Positions 8,829 to 18,291 of a DNA stretch of 64,000 bases are shown here, piece after piece; position 1 is the stretch's first letter, and every line of letters begins with the position of its first letter. Both the position numbers and the translations under genes were made by a program. The stretch spans positions 5,463-69,462 of the forward strand of contig CANJVG010000002.1 of the NCBI GenBank assembly GCA_947478005.1. Direction: 5' to 3'. Below the pieces are notes generated by a model, which was given only the letters and a program-made list of their open reading frames with translations, was not told where the DNA came from and did not search any database. Source of the stretch: Bacteroidota bacterium. GTDB lineage: Bacteria > Bacteroidota > Bacteroidia > Chitinophagales > LD1.

Positions 8829-10178
8829 TTAAAGGATAATGTCTTTTACTTTTATATCCTGCTTTTGCTTCTTGGCTATAAAAGTATCCTTGTCAAGAAT
8901 ATTTCGTACCGCGCCATAACGCTGAAAACGAATCCTTGTATATTTCTTTAAGTTTACGTCAGTCAATTTTGCGTAGCTCGCGGCAATGTCAAGCACGTTT
9001 TTGGCCACTTGCTCGCGGATAGATTTATAATAGTCTTCTTGCATTTTCTGGTCAGCCGGAGAAGGATAAGCATTACCTGTAACGCTATCTGTAACTAAAC
9101 TTACAAAGGGTGCATTTTTCTTGAGGTCTTCCATGTTGTCTGCCAAATCTCTCAATGGATTCAGAACTTTTTCGTTATCGCTTATCATTTTAGCGGAAGC
9201 GGGGTCACCAATATTATTAAACAACCCTTTTGCCTCATCAAGACGGAATCCTATTAAGGCATCATACGCACGACATTTATCTGCCAGTGCCATATTTCCG
9301 GCTTTGTCGTAAAGTTTAGATGCCAGCAAAAAACTGCCTTTATTCATTGTAGCGGCAGCCAGTTTTTCTAAAGCATCATCATTTCTTTTTTCGTTGTATG
9401 TATCCCCTAAACGAACAATCAGATTATCGGCTTCCTCTGCTCTGTTTTCTGAATAAAGATAATCGGCATACTTCTGAATTCCCTCTTCTACACCTTGGCT
9501 TAGGTAGGCGTCTATGGCCTTTACATACTCCTTGCGGTTGTAATAAATATCACCTGCCTTTTTAGCACCCTCTAAATTTTTCAATTTTAAATAAGTTTCT
9601 GCGGCCTTCACTTCGTTATCACCTCCCTTATCAAAATATTCTTTGGCTATTTGTTCGATCTTAACAGCAGCATCGCCAATGGCATAATATTCAATCGCCT
9701 TATTATAGCTGCCAGCACCTTTTTCATAAAACCGATCGCCAATCAATCTTCCACCTTCTTTAACTGCGTCTGCTTTACCAAATAATGCCATTGCCTTCGT
9801 AAGCATTTTAGTTTGATTTTTATCCTCCTCATTAAATGCCTGATCGACCATGGCTTCCGCTACTTTTTTCAATCCTTCTTTCTTGGCTTCTTTAGTGGAG
9901 GCATTGTATGAGTTAGTGGCATTGACCAAGTCTCCCTTCTCAAGATAGGCATCACCTACTACAGCAGAAATTTCTTGTGGCTTCATTCCACCTTTTTGAA
10001 AACTTTCTTTGGCCTTGTTAATTCCTTCCTGGCGCTTAGCAGCGTCCGCTTGTGTCATTGCCTTTTTGAGCAGTTCGGTTCCTTTGGCAACGTCCTTGCT
10101 TTGAGCAAAAATCTGGGTCGCACAACACAACATCACTATACTTGCAGCGATGAATTGCTTTATATTTTTTGAGTTCAT
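8829..10178 (-). CDS. secreted helical-repeat (TPR-like) protein
   Basis: 449 aa. Signal peptide MNSKNIKQFIAASIVMLCCATQIFAQ. The body is K/E/A-rich with repeated helical motifs of the ...Y..KG....A...Y type. No enzymatic motif seen. Confidence 0.5.
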   Translation of the reverse strand: MNSKNIKQFIAASIVMLCCATQIFAQSKDVAKGTELLKKAMTQADAAKRQEGINKAKESFQKGGMKPQEISAVVGDAYLEKGDLVNATNSYNASTKEAKKEGLKKVAEAMVDQAFNEEDKNQTKMLTKAMALFGKADAVKEGGRLIGDRFYEKGAGSYNKAIEYYAIGDAAVKIEQIAKEYFDKGGDNEVKAAETYLKLKNLEGAKKAGDIYYNRKEYVKAIDAYLSQGVEEGIQKYADYLYSENRAEEADNLIVRLGDTYNEKRNDDALEKLAAATMNKGSFLLASKLYDKAGNMALADKCRAYDALIGFRLDEAKGLFNNIGDPASAKMISDNEKVLNPLRDLADNMEDLKKNAPFVSLVTDSVTGNAYPSPADQKMQEDYYKSIREQVAKNVLDIAASYAKLTDVNLKKYTRIRFQRYGAVRNILDKDTFIAKKQKQDIKVKDIIL

Positions 10179-10272
10179 AATAAATGGTTTAATAAAGAAT
10201 GGAATAAAGATAGTATTTCATGAAATATTACAAGCAAATTGAAAAAAATCTTTCAGCATCACAAATAATTTA

Positions 10273-11049
10273 ATGAAAGAAAATTCGGTCTATCAATTAT
10301 TGGAGCGCAAATACAAAGAGTTTAACTCCTCCTCTTTTGTTGAAAATGACCCCATCTCCATACCTCATCGGTATTCTAAAAAGCAGGATATAGAAATCGC
10401 GGCTTTTTTCTCAGCTACTATTGCGTGGGGTAATCGAAAATCTATTATCACTTCTGCCAATAAATTAATGACCTTGATGGATAATGCACCACATGATTTC
10501 ATATTAAATCACGAGGAAAAAGATTTAAAAAATTTAATGGACTTCAAGCACCGCACATTTAATACAACAGATACTCTTTATTTTGTTGAATTTCTAAAAC
10601 AACATTATTTAAAGCATGAAAGTCTGGAAGATGCGTTTCTGAAATCCGAAATAAAAAATTCGCAAGCAGAGGCGCTATCCGAATTTCACAATTACTTTTT
10701 TTCATTGGAAGATTCTCCTCATCGCACCCGAAAACACGTGGCTACTCCTGTTCGCGGAAGCACCTGTAAACGAATGAATATGTTTTTGCGGTGGATGGTT
10801 CGAAAAGATAAAAGTGGAGTTGATTTTGGTTTATGGAAAAAATTAAAGCCAAGTCAACTTTTGATTCCTTTAGATGTGCATGTGGACAGAACTGCTCGAA
10901 AGCTAGGTTTGATTAAACGCAAACAAACCGATTGGGAAACAGTCGTTGAACTTACAGAAAACTTAAAGCAATTTGACCCCAAGGATCCTGTCAAATATGA
11001 CTTCGCCCTTTTTGGAATTAGCGTTTTGGATAAAATGCAAATACATTAG
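10273..11049 (+). CDS. TIGR02757/DUF2400 family protein
   Basis: 258 aa with ISIPHRY..KQDIEIAAFFSATIAWGNRKSII and LIPLDVHVDRTARKLGL, as recalled for the DUF2400 family. Confidence 0.7.
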   Translation: MKENSVYQLLERKYKEFNSSSFVENDPISIPHRYSKKQDIEIAAFFSATIAWGNRKSIITSANKLMTLMDNAPHDFILNHEEKDLKNLMDFKHRTFNTTDTLYFVEFLKQHYLKHESLEDAFLKSEIKNSQAEALSEFHNYFFSLEDSPHRTRKHVATPVRGSTCKRMNMFLRWMVRKDKSGVDFGLWKKLKPSQLLIPLDVHVDRTARKLGLIKRKQTDWETVVELTENLKQFDPKDPVKYDFALFGISVLDKMQIH

Positions 11050-11055
11050 CAACTC

Positions 11056-11382
11056 ATGGAATTATCAAAAACGCTTTTTGATTCGTTTGAAATTGACGAG
11101 CAACTTCTGCCTGCTGTAAACAATGAAGAAGAAAAGATGCGCGCGTTTCGACATCTGCTTATCCAAAGAATTGAGGAGCTTTTGCTCCATGATTTCGAGA
11201 AGTTGAAATGGATTCTCTATCGCATTGATGTAAGCGAGAAGAAATTGAACGAAGCGTTGCAAAACTCCGAAACTGATGCGCCTACAGTTATGGCTGATTT
11301 GATTATTCAACGGCAAATAGAAAAAGCAGAAAGCAGAAAAAAATTTGGAGGTAACGAAAATGATTGGAATTTTGACGTATGA
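11056..11382 (+). CDS. hypothetical protein
   Basis: 108-aa acidic ORF. Its stop overlaps the fahA start (ATGA), suggesting translational coupling. Confidence 0.45.
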   Translation: MELSKTLFDSFEIDEQLLPAVNNEEEKMRAFRHLLIQRIEELLLHDFEKLKWILYRIDVSEKKLNEALQNSETDAPTVMADLIIQRQIEKAESRKKFGGNENDWNFDV

Positions 11383-12650
11383 GCAAAGCCAACAATCCTG
11401 AATTAAAATCGTGGGTGGAAGTAAAAGCCGATAGCGACTTCCCTATTCAAAATCTTCCTTTCGGAATTTTCAAAACAAATCAAACCCCACCCCGTGCAGG
11501 TATAGCAATTGGTGGTTTCGTTCTTGACCTAAAGATTATTGCAGAAGCTGGGTTTTTTAATTCCATACAGTTTGACAAAACTGTTTTATCGCAGCCCGAA
11601 TTAAACAGTTTTATAGCTTGTGGTAAAGAAGTAACCAATGCCGTGCGTGAAAGAATTTCTGATTTACTGACCGCAGAAAACCCTGAATTACGCGACAACA
11701 CAGCTCTTAAAGCTAAAGCGCTAATTCTTCGAAGCGATACGGAAATGTTGATGCCTGTTAATGTTCCGAACTATACCGATTTTTATTCGAGCAAAGAGCA
11801 TGCAACTAATGTAGGAATCATGTTTCGCGACCCTGCCAATGCATTATTACCAAACTGGAAACATCTGCCAGTTGGATATCATGGTCGCGCATCTTCAATT
11901 GTGGTTAGCGGAACTTCGATTCATCGACCAAAGGGACAAACCAAAGCAGACGATGCCGTTACTCCTTCATTCGGCCCATGCAGACTTTTAGATTTTGAAT
12001 TGGAAGTAGCTTTTATAGCAGGCAAGGCAACGGAATTGGGCACAAGCATTTCTACCTCTCAAGCGGATGATTTCATTTTTGGCTTAGTGCTTTTCAATGA
12101 TTGGAGCGCACGCGATATTCAAAAATGGGAATATGTCCCGCTTGGTCCTTTTTTGGCGAAAAACTTTGGCTCTACTTCTTCTCCGTGGATCGTTACCCTT
12201 GAAGCGCTCGAACCCTTTAGAGTAGACTCACCCATACAAGAACCCGAAGTTCTTCCCTACTTAAAGTTTGAAGGCAAGAAAAACTTCGACATTAATTTGG
12301 AAGTGGAAATAATTCCTGAAGATGGTATGGGCAAGGTCGTTTCGCATAGCAACTTCAAACACATGTACTGGAATATGGCGCAACAACTGGCCCATCATAC
12401 TGTGAATGGTTGTAACATTGAAGTTGGTGATTTGTATGCGAGCGGAACTATCAGCGGACCAACAGCTGATTCTTATGGTTCTATGTTAGAGATTAGTTGG
12501 CAAGGGAAAAATCCAACTCAAATGCCTGACGGAACGGAGCGAAAGTTTATTCTTGATAATGATACCGTGGTGATGAGAGGTTATTGTAAGAAGGACGGAG
12601 TTCGAATTGGATTTGGTGAATGTTCCGGAAAGATTCTGCCGGCACTATGA
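11379..12650 (+). CDS. fahA: fumarylacetoacetase
   Basis: 423 aa. N-terminus SWV......FPIQNLPFGIF, then YTDFYSS.EHATNVG, GYHGRASS, FELE.AF and NDWSARDIQ.WEYVPLGPF, matching EC 3.7.1.2-type enzymes. Confidence 0.9.
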   Translation: MSKANNPELKSWVEVKADSDFPIQNLPFGIFKTNQTPPRAGIAIGGFVLDLKIIAEAGFFNSIQFDKTVLSQPELNSFIACGKEVTNAVRERISDLLTAENPELRDNTALKAKALILRSDTEMLMPVNVPNYTDFYSSKEHATNVGIMFRDPANALLPNWKHLPVGYHGRASSIVVSGTSIHRPKGQTKADDAVTPSFGPCRLLDFELEVAFIAGKATELGTSISTSQADDFIFGLVLFNDWSARDIQKWEYVPLGPFLAKNFGSTSSPWIVTLEALEPFRVDSPIQEPEVLPYLKFEGKKNFDINLEVEIIPEDGMGKVVSHSNFKHMYWNMAQQLAHHTVNGCNIEVGDLYASGTISGPTADSYGSMLEISWQGKNPTQMPDGTERKFILDNDTVVMRGYCKKDGVRIGFGECSGKILPAL

Positions 12651-12922
12651 AATATTATCTTCTAGGACTTTTATTCCTCATTATGGGTGCCGGTGCGCGC
12701 ACTATGTTTGAAATTGCACATCAGGCGCTGGGTCGCGAACACGATTTTGCCCCAGCGGCTGACACAACGCGCTTAATTTTTCTTGCTCTTTGGTTTATTT
12801 TAATGATGATTATGAACGTAGTGCTGTTGCGCCATCAGGAAATTAAGAACAGAAAATTATTGATTGCCTTTCTTTCTTTGGGCGTTGTTGCTCCTTCGAT
12901 TTACATGTTTTTATCACACTGA
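12647..12922 (+). CDS. small membrane protein (hypothetical)
   Basis: Internal ATG (MKYYLLGLLFLIMGAG...) of ORF 12620..12922, overlapping the fahA stop. Three hydrophobic segments. Confidence 0.4.
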   Translation: MKYYLLGLLFLIMGAGARTMFEIAHQALGREHDFAPAADTTRLIFLALWFILMMIMNVVLLRHQEIKNRKLLIAFLSLGVVAPSIYMFLSH

Positions 12923-13001
12923 TTTCTATCAGATTTAGAAATATCCCCACCAGCAATCAGTATTATTGCATCTATAATTAATTACCATTTAAACCATACA
13001 C

Positions 13002-13466
13002 ATGAAAATCAGAATGTGGCTTGTTCCTTTTAGTTTATCGGTTGCCTTGTTACTCATTAATTCTTGCGAAAAGAGAGGCTGTGGCACGACCAATATCAGC
13101 AAAACTAACGGGCATGAAAGCCATAATATGGGAGAGAACTGTATGAATTGCCATAAGAGTGGTGGGGAAGGTAAAGGTTGCTTTCTGGCAGCGGGCACGG
13201 TTTATAATAATGCCGGAATTAGTATATATGCCAACGCTACTATTCGATTGTATTCGCAACCGAATGGTGCGGGCTCGGTTGTAGCAACCATACAGGGTGA
13301 TGCAAAGGGTAATTTCTATACCACCGACAATATTGATTTCGGTAATGGTCTTTACCCATCGGTTACAAATAGCAGCGGACAGACATCTTATATGAGCTCC
13401 ACAATATCTACCGGGGCCTGTAGCAGTTGCCATGGAGTGAGTCAGGCAAAAATCTCAACGCTTTAA
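13002..13466 (+). CDS. secreted protein/lipoprotein with two CXXCH haem-c motifs
   Basis: 154 aa. Signal peptide with LLINSC. Motifs CMNCH and CSSCH flank a beta-rich segment (ATIRLYSQPNGAGSVVATIQGDAKGNFYT). Confidence 0.5.
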   Translation: MKIRMWLVPFSLSVALLLINSCEKRGCGTTNISKTNGHESHNMGENCMNCHKSGGEGKGCFLAAGTVYNNAGISIYANATIRLYSQPNGAGSVVATIQGDAKGNFYTTDNIDFGNGLYPSVTNSSGQTSYMSSTISTGACSSCHGVSQAKISTL

Positions 13467-13499
13467 AGCATCGTTAGAATTGCTGTATTATTGTGAAAT

Positions 13500-14417
13500 A
13501 TGCTTTCCATCAATCCCGCAGAAATCACGATGGCCAAATTGCACGAGTATTTGCTCAGTGCGGTTGCACCCAGACCGATAGCTTTTGTTTCTACCATAGA
13601 TAAAGAAGGCCACGCAAATCTTGCTCCGTTTTCTTTCTTCAATGTATTCGGCTCCAATCCCCCTACGCTGATTTATTCGCCTGCGCGAAGTGGGCGAACC
13701 GGTGCTACCAAAAACACCCATGATAATGTGTTGGAAGTGAAAGAATGCGTGGTGAATATTGCTCACTACGATATGCTTTATCAAATGAATTTGGCAGCAG
13801 GCATGTATCCTAAAGGAACCGATGAATTCAAAAAATCCGGACTCACGCCAATTGCATCTCTCATAGTAAAGCCTCCGCGTGTAGCAGAATGTTATGTGCA
13901 GATGGAGTGCGATGTAAAACAGGTGATTGAAACGGGGCCGAACGGAGGCGCAGGAAATCTGGTGATTTGTGAAGTGAAGATGATTCACATAAACGAAAAG
14001 GTATTGAATGAAGAAGGAAGTATTGACCCCTTTAAGATGGATTATATCGCGCGGATGGGAAAACAGTTCTGGGCGCGCATTGGAGCAGAAAACATTATTT
14101 CTGTTCCAGGTTTTAAAATGGCGAATGAGTTAGGTATTGGTTGGGATTCGTTGCCTGAAGGCATTCGTCTTTCCAACTATCTTTCAGGGAATGACATTGC
14201 AAGAGTAGCTGCGTTATCAGCTTTCCCAACAGCGGAAGAATTGGATGCTTTGCTGAAAGCAGATTTTGTAACAGAAATATTTGCAGAACATAAAAACGAC
14301 TTTGTGGCTTTAGAGAAAGCCATTCACCAGCGGGCTAAAATTGAAATTGAGAGAGGAAGTTTATCACTTGCCTTCCAGTTACTGATGCTGGCCGAAGAAA
14401 ACAGAAATAAAAATTAA
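13500..14417 (+). CDS. flavin reductase-like (FMN-binding split-barrel) family protein
   Basis: 305 aa. PRPIAFVSTIDKEGHANLAPFSFFN...PPTL and VKECVVNI are typical of the flavin reductase-like domain. An extra ~100-aa C-terminal helical extension is present. Confidence 0.7.
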   Translation: MLSINPAEITMAKLHEYLLSAVAPRPIAFVSTIDKEGHANLAPFSFFNVFGSNPPTLIYSPARSGRTGATKNTHDNVLEVKECVVNIAHYDMLYQMNLAAGMYPKGTDEFKKSGLTPIASLIVKPPRVAECYVQMECDVKQVIETGPNGGAGNLVICEVKMIHINEKVLNEEGSIDPFKMDYIARMGKQFWARIGAENIISVPGFKMANELGIGWDSLPEGIRLSNYLSGNDIARVAALSAFPTAEELDALLKADFVTEIFAEHKNDFVALEKAIHQRAKIEIERGSLSLAFQLLMLAEENRNKN

Positions 14418-14429
14418 ACAGAAAATAGC

Positions 14430-15335
14430 ATGCTAGGTATCCGCCTCTTCCTTGTCAAAAAAGTGCTCCGCAGAGTAAAGAATAACGCGAAGTACACAGA
14501 TATTCTTAAAGCCCGTAGGGGATTTGAACATCTCGTAGGCCATCGGAACAAACCGCTCAAAGGTTTTAAATATGAAGCCACTGTCATTGGTGAAATGAAA
14601 GCGGAATGGATAACGCCCGATGGAGCTGATGAGAAAAAAGTATTGTTATACTTTCATGGGGGTGGCTATGCCGTTGGTTCGCCAAATACTCACCGCGGAT
14701 TGATTTCTCAGATTGCTAAAAACGCAGGTATTAAAGCATTGGCTATCGACTATCGTTTAGCTCCTGAAAATAAATATCCTGCTCCTATCGAGGATGCAGT
14801 TGCGGCCTTTCAATTTTTGCTTGGGCATGGATACAGGGCAAAAGACATTTGCTTTGGTGGAGACAGTGCCGGTGGTGGTGTAAACATTGGAACGCTCTGT
14901 TATCTGCGCGATAACAATTTACCTCTTCCTAAATGTGCTATTGCGCTTTCTCCATGGCTTGACCTTACTTTAACCAGTAACGCCTATCGCGATAACCGGC
15001 ACATTGACCCTATGCTAACACACGAAGCGTTTCCTCTTTGGATAAAAAACTATTTGGGCGATGCCGATTCCAAATCGCCTTATGCTTCGCCCATTTTTCA
15101 TTCTTTAAAGGACCTTCCTCCTGTCATGATTCAGGTCGGTGAAGAAGAATTGCTGCTGGATGACTCCACCACTTTTGCTACTAAAGCTAAATCCGAAGGT
15201 GTGGATGTGCGAATAGAAGTTTATCCAAAGAAGTTTCACGTGTTTAATGCTTTTTGGCAGGTACTGCCAAAGGCAAGGGAAGCAAACAAGAAGTTGGGCG
15301 AGTTTCTGAAGTCGCAGCTTTACGCTCAAGCATAG
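14430..15335 (+). CDS. alpha/beta hydrolase, hormone-sensitive-lipase-type esterase
   Basis: 301 aa with the oxyanion motif HGGGY, the nucleophile elbow GDSAGG and DYRLAPE. Confidence 0.85.
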   Translation: MLGIRLFLVKKVLRRVKNNAKYTDILKARRGFEHLVGHRNKPLKGFKYEATVIGEMKAEWITPDGADEKKVLLYFHGGGYAVGSPNTHRGLISQIAKNAGIKALAIDYRLAPENKYPAPIEDAVAAFQFLLGHGYRAKDICFGGDSAGGGVNIGTLCYLRDNNLPLPKCAIALSPWLDLTLTSNAYRDNRHIDPMLTHEAFPLWIKNYLGDADSKSPYASPIFHSLKDLPPVMIQVGEEELLLDDSTTFATKAKSEGVDVRIEVYPKKFHVFNAFWQVLPKAREANKKLGEFLKSQLYAQA

Positions 15336-15341
15336 AAAATA

Positions 15342-15378
15342 AAAAAGCCGCTTCAAAATAAATTTGAGCGGCTTTTTC
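15342..15378. terminator. bidirectional terminator between the esterase gene and recA
   Basis: aaaaAGCCGCTtCAAAataaaTTTGaGCGGCTtttt sits between convergent genes. Confidence 0.7.
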
Positions 15379-15396
15379 ATTTGTGTCAATTAATAA

Positions 15397-16446
15397 TTAC
15401 GCTTCTTCTTCGGCTTCTACTTTTACTACTTCAATACCGGCCATTACTTTGGCCTTAATCTTTCCTTCAATTTCGGCAGAAAGACCCGGGTTGTCGTCCA
15501 GCATTTGTTTTACACCATCGCGGCCCTGGCCCAGTTTTGTTCCTTCATAGCTATACCATGAACCGCTTTTTTGCAACACACCGAGTTCGCTGCCCATGTC
15601 CACAATTTCTCCGTTTTTAGAAACACCCATTCCATACATAATATCGAACTCGCAGGTTCTGAAAGGCGGAGCCATTTTATTCTTCACCACTTTTACCCGG
15701 GTTCTGTTGCCGGTTAAGCTGTCGCCATCTTTCAATTGACCAATTCTGCGAATGTCTAAACGAACCGAAGCATAGAACTTCAAAGCATTACCTCCGGTAG
15801 TTGTTTCGGGGTTGCCGAACATTACGCCTATTTTTTCGCGTAACTGATTGATGAAAATGCAGCAGCATCCTGTTTTTGAAATTGTGCCGGTGAGTTTTCT
15901 CAAGGCCTGACTCATTAAACGGGCGTGTAATCCCATTTTAGATTCTCCCATTTCGCCTTCCAACTCGCTGCGCGGAACCAATGCCGCTACCGAGTCAATA
16001 ACTATAATGTCGATAGCACCCGAGCGAATCAAATGCTCGGTAATGTCCAACGCTTGCTCGCCATCATCGGGCTGAGAGATGAGAAGGTTATTTACATCTA
16101 CGCCTAATTTTATTGCATAGTCTTTATCAAAAGCATGTTCTGCATCTATAAAGGCTGCAATGCCGCCTGCGCGCTGACAGTTGGCTATGGCCTGAATGGC
16201 CAAAGTGGTTTTACCCGAAGATTCCGGTCCGTAAATTTCCACCACTCTTCCTTTAGGTAATCCGCCAATGCCGAGGGCAATATCAAGGCCAAGCGAACCG
16301 GTAGGAATGGCTTCCACACCCATCACTTTCGAATCGCCAAGTTTCATAATCGTTCCTTTGCCATAGGCTTTGTCGAGCTTGTCAACCGTAAGCTGCAGTG
16401 CTTTGAATTTTTCTTTTTTCTCTTCTGCCGATTGTTTGTTGGTCAT
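15397..16446 (-). CDS. recA: recombinase RecA
   Basis: Walker [20 protein letters not shown]-like [12 protein letters not shown] and [28 protein letters not shown]. The ATG at 16446 ([11 protein letters not shown]) is preferred over the TTG at 16470 used by the ORF track. Confidence 0.95.
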   Translation of the reverse strand: MTNKQSAEEKKEKFKALQLTVDKLDKAYGKGTIMKLGDSKVMGVEAIPTGSLGLDIALGIGGLPKGRVVEIYGPESSGKTTLAIQAIANCQRAGGIAAFIDAEHAFDKDYAIKLGVDVNNLLISQPDDGEQALDITEHLIRSGAIDIIVIDSVAALVPRSELEGEMGESKMGLHARLMSQALRKLTGTISKTGCCCIFINQLREKIGVMFGNPETTTGGNALKFYASVRLDIRRIGQLKDGDSLTGNRTRVKVVKNKMAPPFRTCEFDIMYGMGVSKNGEIVDMGSELGVLQKSGSWYSYEGTKLGQGRDGVKQMLDDNPGLSAEIEGKIKAKVMAGIEVVKVEAEEEA

Positions 16447-16519
16447 TGTTTTTGATTTTAATGGTTGCAAATCTAATAGTTGTTTTTAATTAAGCTAATT
16501 ATTTTAGTTTATTGTTTAG

Positions 16520-16577
16520 TTATCAAACTAAAACCTTCGGCAATTGCGCTTATCGCCTTTCGGTTTCAGTTTGATAA
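16520..16577. promoter_or_regulatory. 16-bp-arm inverted repeat upstream of recA
   Basis: TTATCAAACTAAAACC-N26-GGTTTCAGTTTGATAA, with one mismatch. It lies 74-131 nt 5' of the recA ATG. Confidence 0.3.
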
Positions 16578-16680
16578 TGCAATGATAGGGCTGCAGAACG
16601 CAACCTACTTGCGTAGTCAAAAATAATTTTCTAAAAAAAGCTTTAGCCCTTTTTAAACAGCAATCATTGGTTAGGCTGCC

Positions 16681-16917
16681 TTAAATCTCTTGCAGATGCT
16701 CGGTCTTGTAGCTGTGCTCCATAATGATGCGCAGAGAGGTTTCGCTCGGGCTTTTCATTTGGCTGTTTAGCTGACGTTTGGTTTGCACCATTTCCATCAG
16801 TTCTTCCTGCAGGTTTTCGTTTTCGCTTAGTTCAGCGGCCAGTAGTTCTCTTTCTTCCAAAGTGGTTTCGCCATAAGCGTGTAGCAATAATAAATCGAGT
16901 GTAGAGTTTGTTTTCAT
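16681..16917 (-). CDS. hypothetical small acidic protein
   Basis: 78-aa ORF with no recognisable family. Confidence 0.4.
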   Translation of the reverse strand: MKTNSTLDLLLLHAYGETTLEERELLAAELSENENLQEELMEMVQTKRQLNSQMKSPSETSLRIIMEHSYKTEHLQEI

Positions 16918-17065
16918 ATCCTTTGATTTTGTTTTTGTGCTTATAAAACGCAGGGCAGAAATATTATTGTGCAGAGCACGAAAAATCTTTGCGTCTTTTC
17001 ACAAAGGGTAACTTGTGCCTTATCTTCCGCAGGGTCCCGAGAGGGAGAACCTGCGCGGACTCGGT

Positions 17066-17524
17066 TTATTTTAAAAGATGCTCCCGTGATACCAGGAAGA
17101 TTTTGTTTCCATGTTCGGTTTTGTGGGTCCAGATTTTCAAATTATTGAACTTCACATGTGCTAAATGTAAATAGCTTGAAACTGAATCGTTCTTATTGCA
17201 TTCATTTGACAACTGCCGTAAAATAATTTTTACCCTTTCATCTTTAATGCTGTCATATTGGTTCAATGCGAACCGCTGTACTTCACCCTCTTTAAACCAA
17301 TCTAAATCTTCGATTGACTGACCTGAGATATTGGATGCAAGTTTTACCGGAATTGTATACCTCTTTTCAAAAAAACGACCAGTTGCAAACGACATCAACA
17401 AAAACAATGTCATTGTAGATATAATCCTTCTCTTATTTTCTGCAAAACGGATACTCCTACTTAGCAGAAAGAATACAGCTGCATTTATTATTAAAATTAG
17501 AATGAAGTAAAACACCATTTGCAT
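17066..17524 (-). CDS. hypothetical membrane-anchored protein
   Basis: 152 aa with two N-terminal hydrophobic segments. It starts 1 nt after the stop of 17526..17882, giving a two-gene operon. Confidence 0.5.
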   Translation of the reverse strand: MQMVFYFILILIINAAVFFLLSRSIRFAENKRRIISTMTLFLLMSFATGRFFEKRYTIPVKLASNISGQSIEDLDWFKEGEVQRFALNQYDSIKDERVKIILRQLSNECNKNDSVSSYLHLAHVKFNNLKIWTHKTEHGNKIFLVSREHLLK

Positions 17525-17525
17525 A

Positions 17526-17882
17526 TTAACGGGCTAAAATTATCTCTATTGAATTGTTGTTGTCATATGCCCATAAAGTTATATCGCCCATTACATTTTT
17601 ATAGGTGAACTTAATTATTTGATGCTTTACATTGCAAGTGTCAATAAAAGAACCGTAGGCATTTTTAAATTCCGCATCTAATTTTCCCATTGGCATTTTC
17701 TCAATTACATCAGGTTCTTTCCCAAAATGATGTATAACGGCTGAATACTCCATACCGATAAAATCTTTCCCGAACTCAACTGGCTTTTCGAATGTATTTA
17801 GCCAAAAAGCGAAAGTGATACTACTAGCTGCAAAGCAGATAGCCAGTAAGAAGAAAGATATAATCGCTTTAATAATTCTCAT
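17526..17882 (-). CDS. hypothetical secreted/membrane-anchored protein
   Basis: 118 aa with a signal/anchor MRIIKAIISFFLLAICFAASS. It is the first gene downstream of array 2 on the minus strand. Confidence 0.5.
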   Translation of the reverse strand: MRIIKAIISFFLLAICFAASSITFAFWLNTFEKPVEFGKDFIGMEYSAVIHHFGKEPDVIEKMPMGKLDAEFKNAYGSFIDTCNVKHQIIKFTYKNVMGDITLWAYDNNNSIEIILAR

Positions 17883-17997
17883 TGTATCTTGTTATCTAAA
17901 TCACGGCTAACTTATAAATATGGCACCCCAAATCTATCAAACATGCGCATACTCTATTCCCCCGCATCCCCCAACAACCTCTCCAAATTCCAAAAAT

Positions 17998-18291
17998 GGC
18001 AAAAACCCCTTTTTTAAGGTTAAAATTATCATTTACCCCACCCCAGAGGTGGGTACCCCCTACCTTTGAGGTGGGTGGGTTGAGCAAAAAGGTGGGTCAG
18101 TTCAGCTAAAAACTAAGAGCTCGGAGGTAAAAGCAAAGCGCCCGGAGCCTAAAGGACAGCCCCGCCACCCTTCGGCTCAGGTGCCCGAGCAAAAAGCCGC
18201 GTGACCGATGCAAAAAGCAAAGCCCGCTCACTTTTTCAGTAAACGGGCTGTGGTTTTAGCTAAACGGGCTCTCCCTTTTCTTAAGGATTAA
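17998..18291. repeat. array 2: about 11-14 phase-locked 21-bp units with a phased A/T tract and GC-rich flanks
   Basis: In 21-bp register from 18040: accccagaggtgggtaccccc / tacctttgaggtgggtgggtt / gagcaaaaaggtgggtcagtt / cagctaaaaactaagagctcg / gaggtaaaagcaaagcgcccg / gagcctaaaggacagccccgc / cacccttcggctcaggtgccc / gagcaaaaagccgcgtgaccg / atgcaaaaagcaaagcccgct / cactttttcagtaaacgggct / gtggttttagctaaacgggct. The outer units are degenerate. Confidence 0.7.

Noticed and set aside
13488-13988. 166-aa minus-strand ORF opposite the flavin reductase-like gene
   Set aside because: The sense ORF has the recognisable split-barrel motifs. The antisense translation is His/Cys/Arg-rich with no family resemblance.
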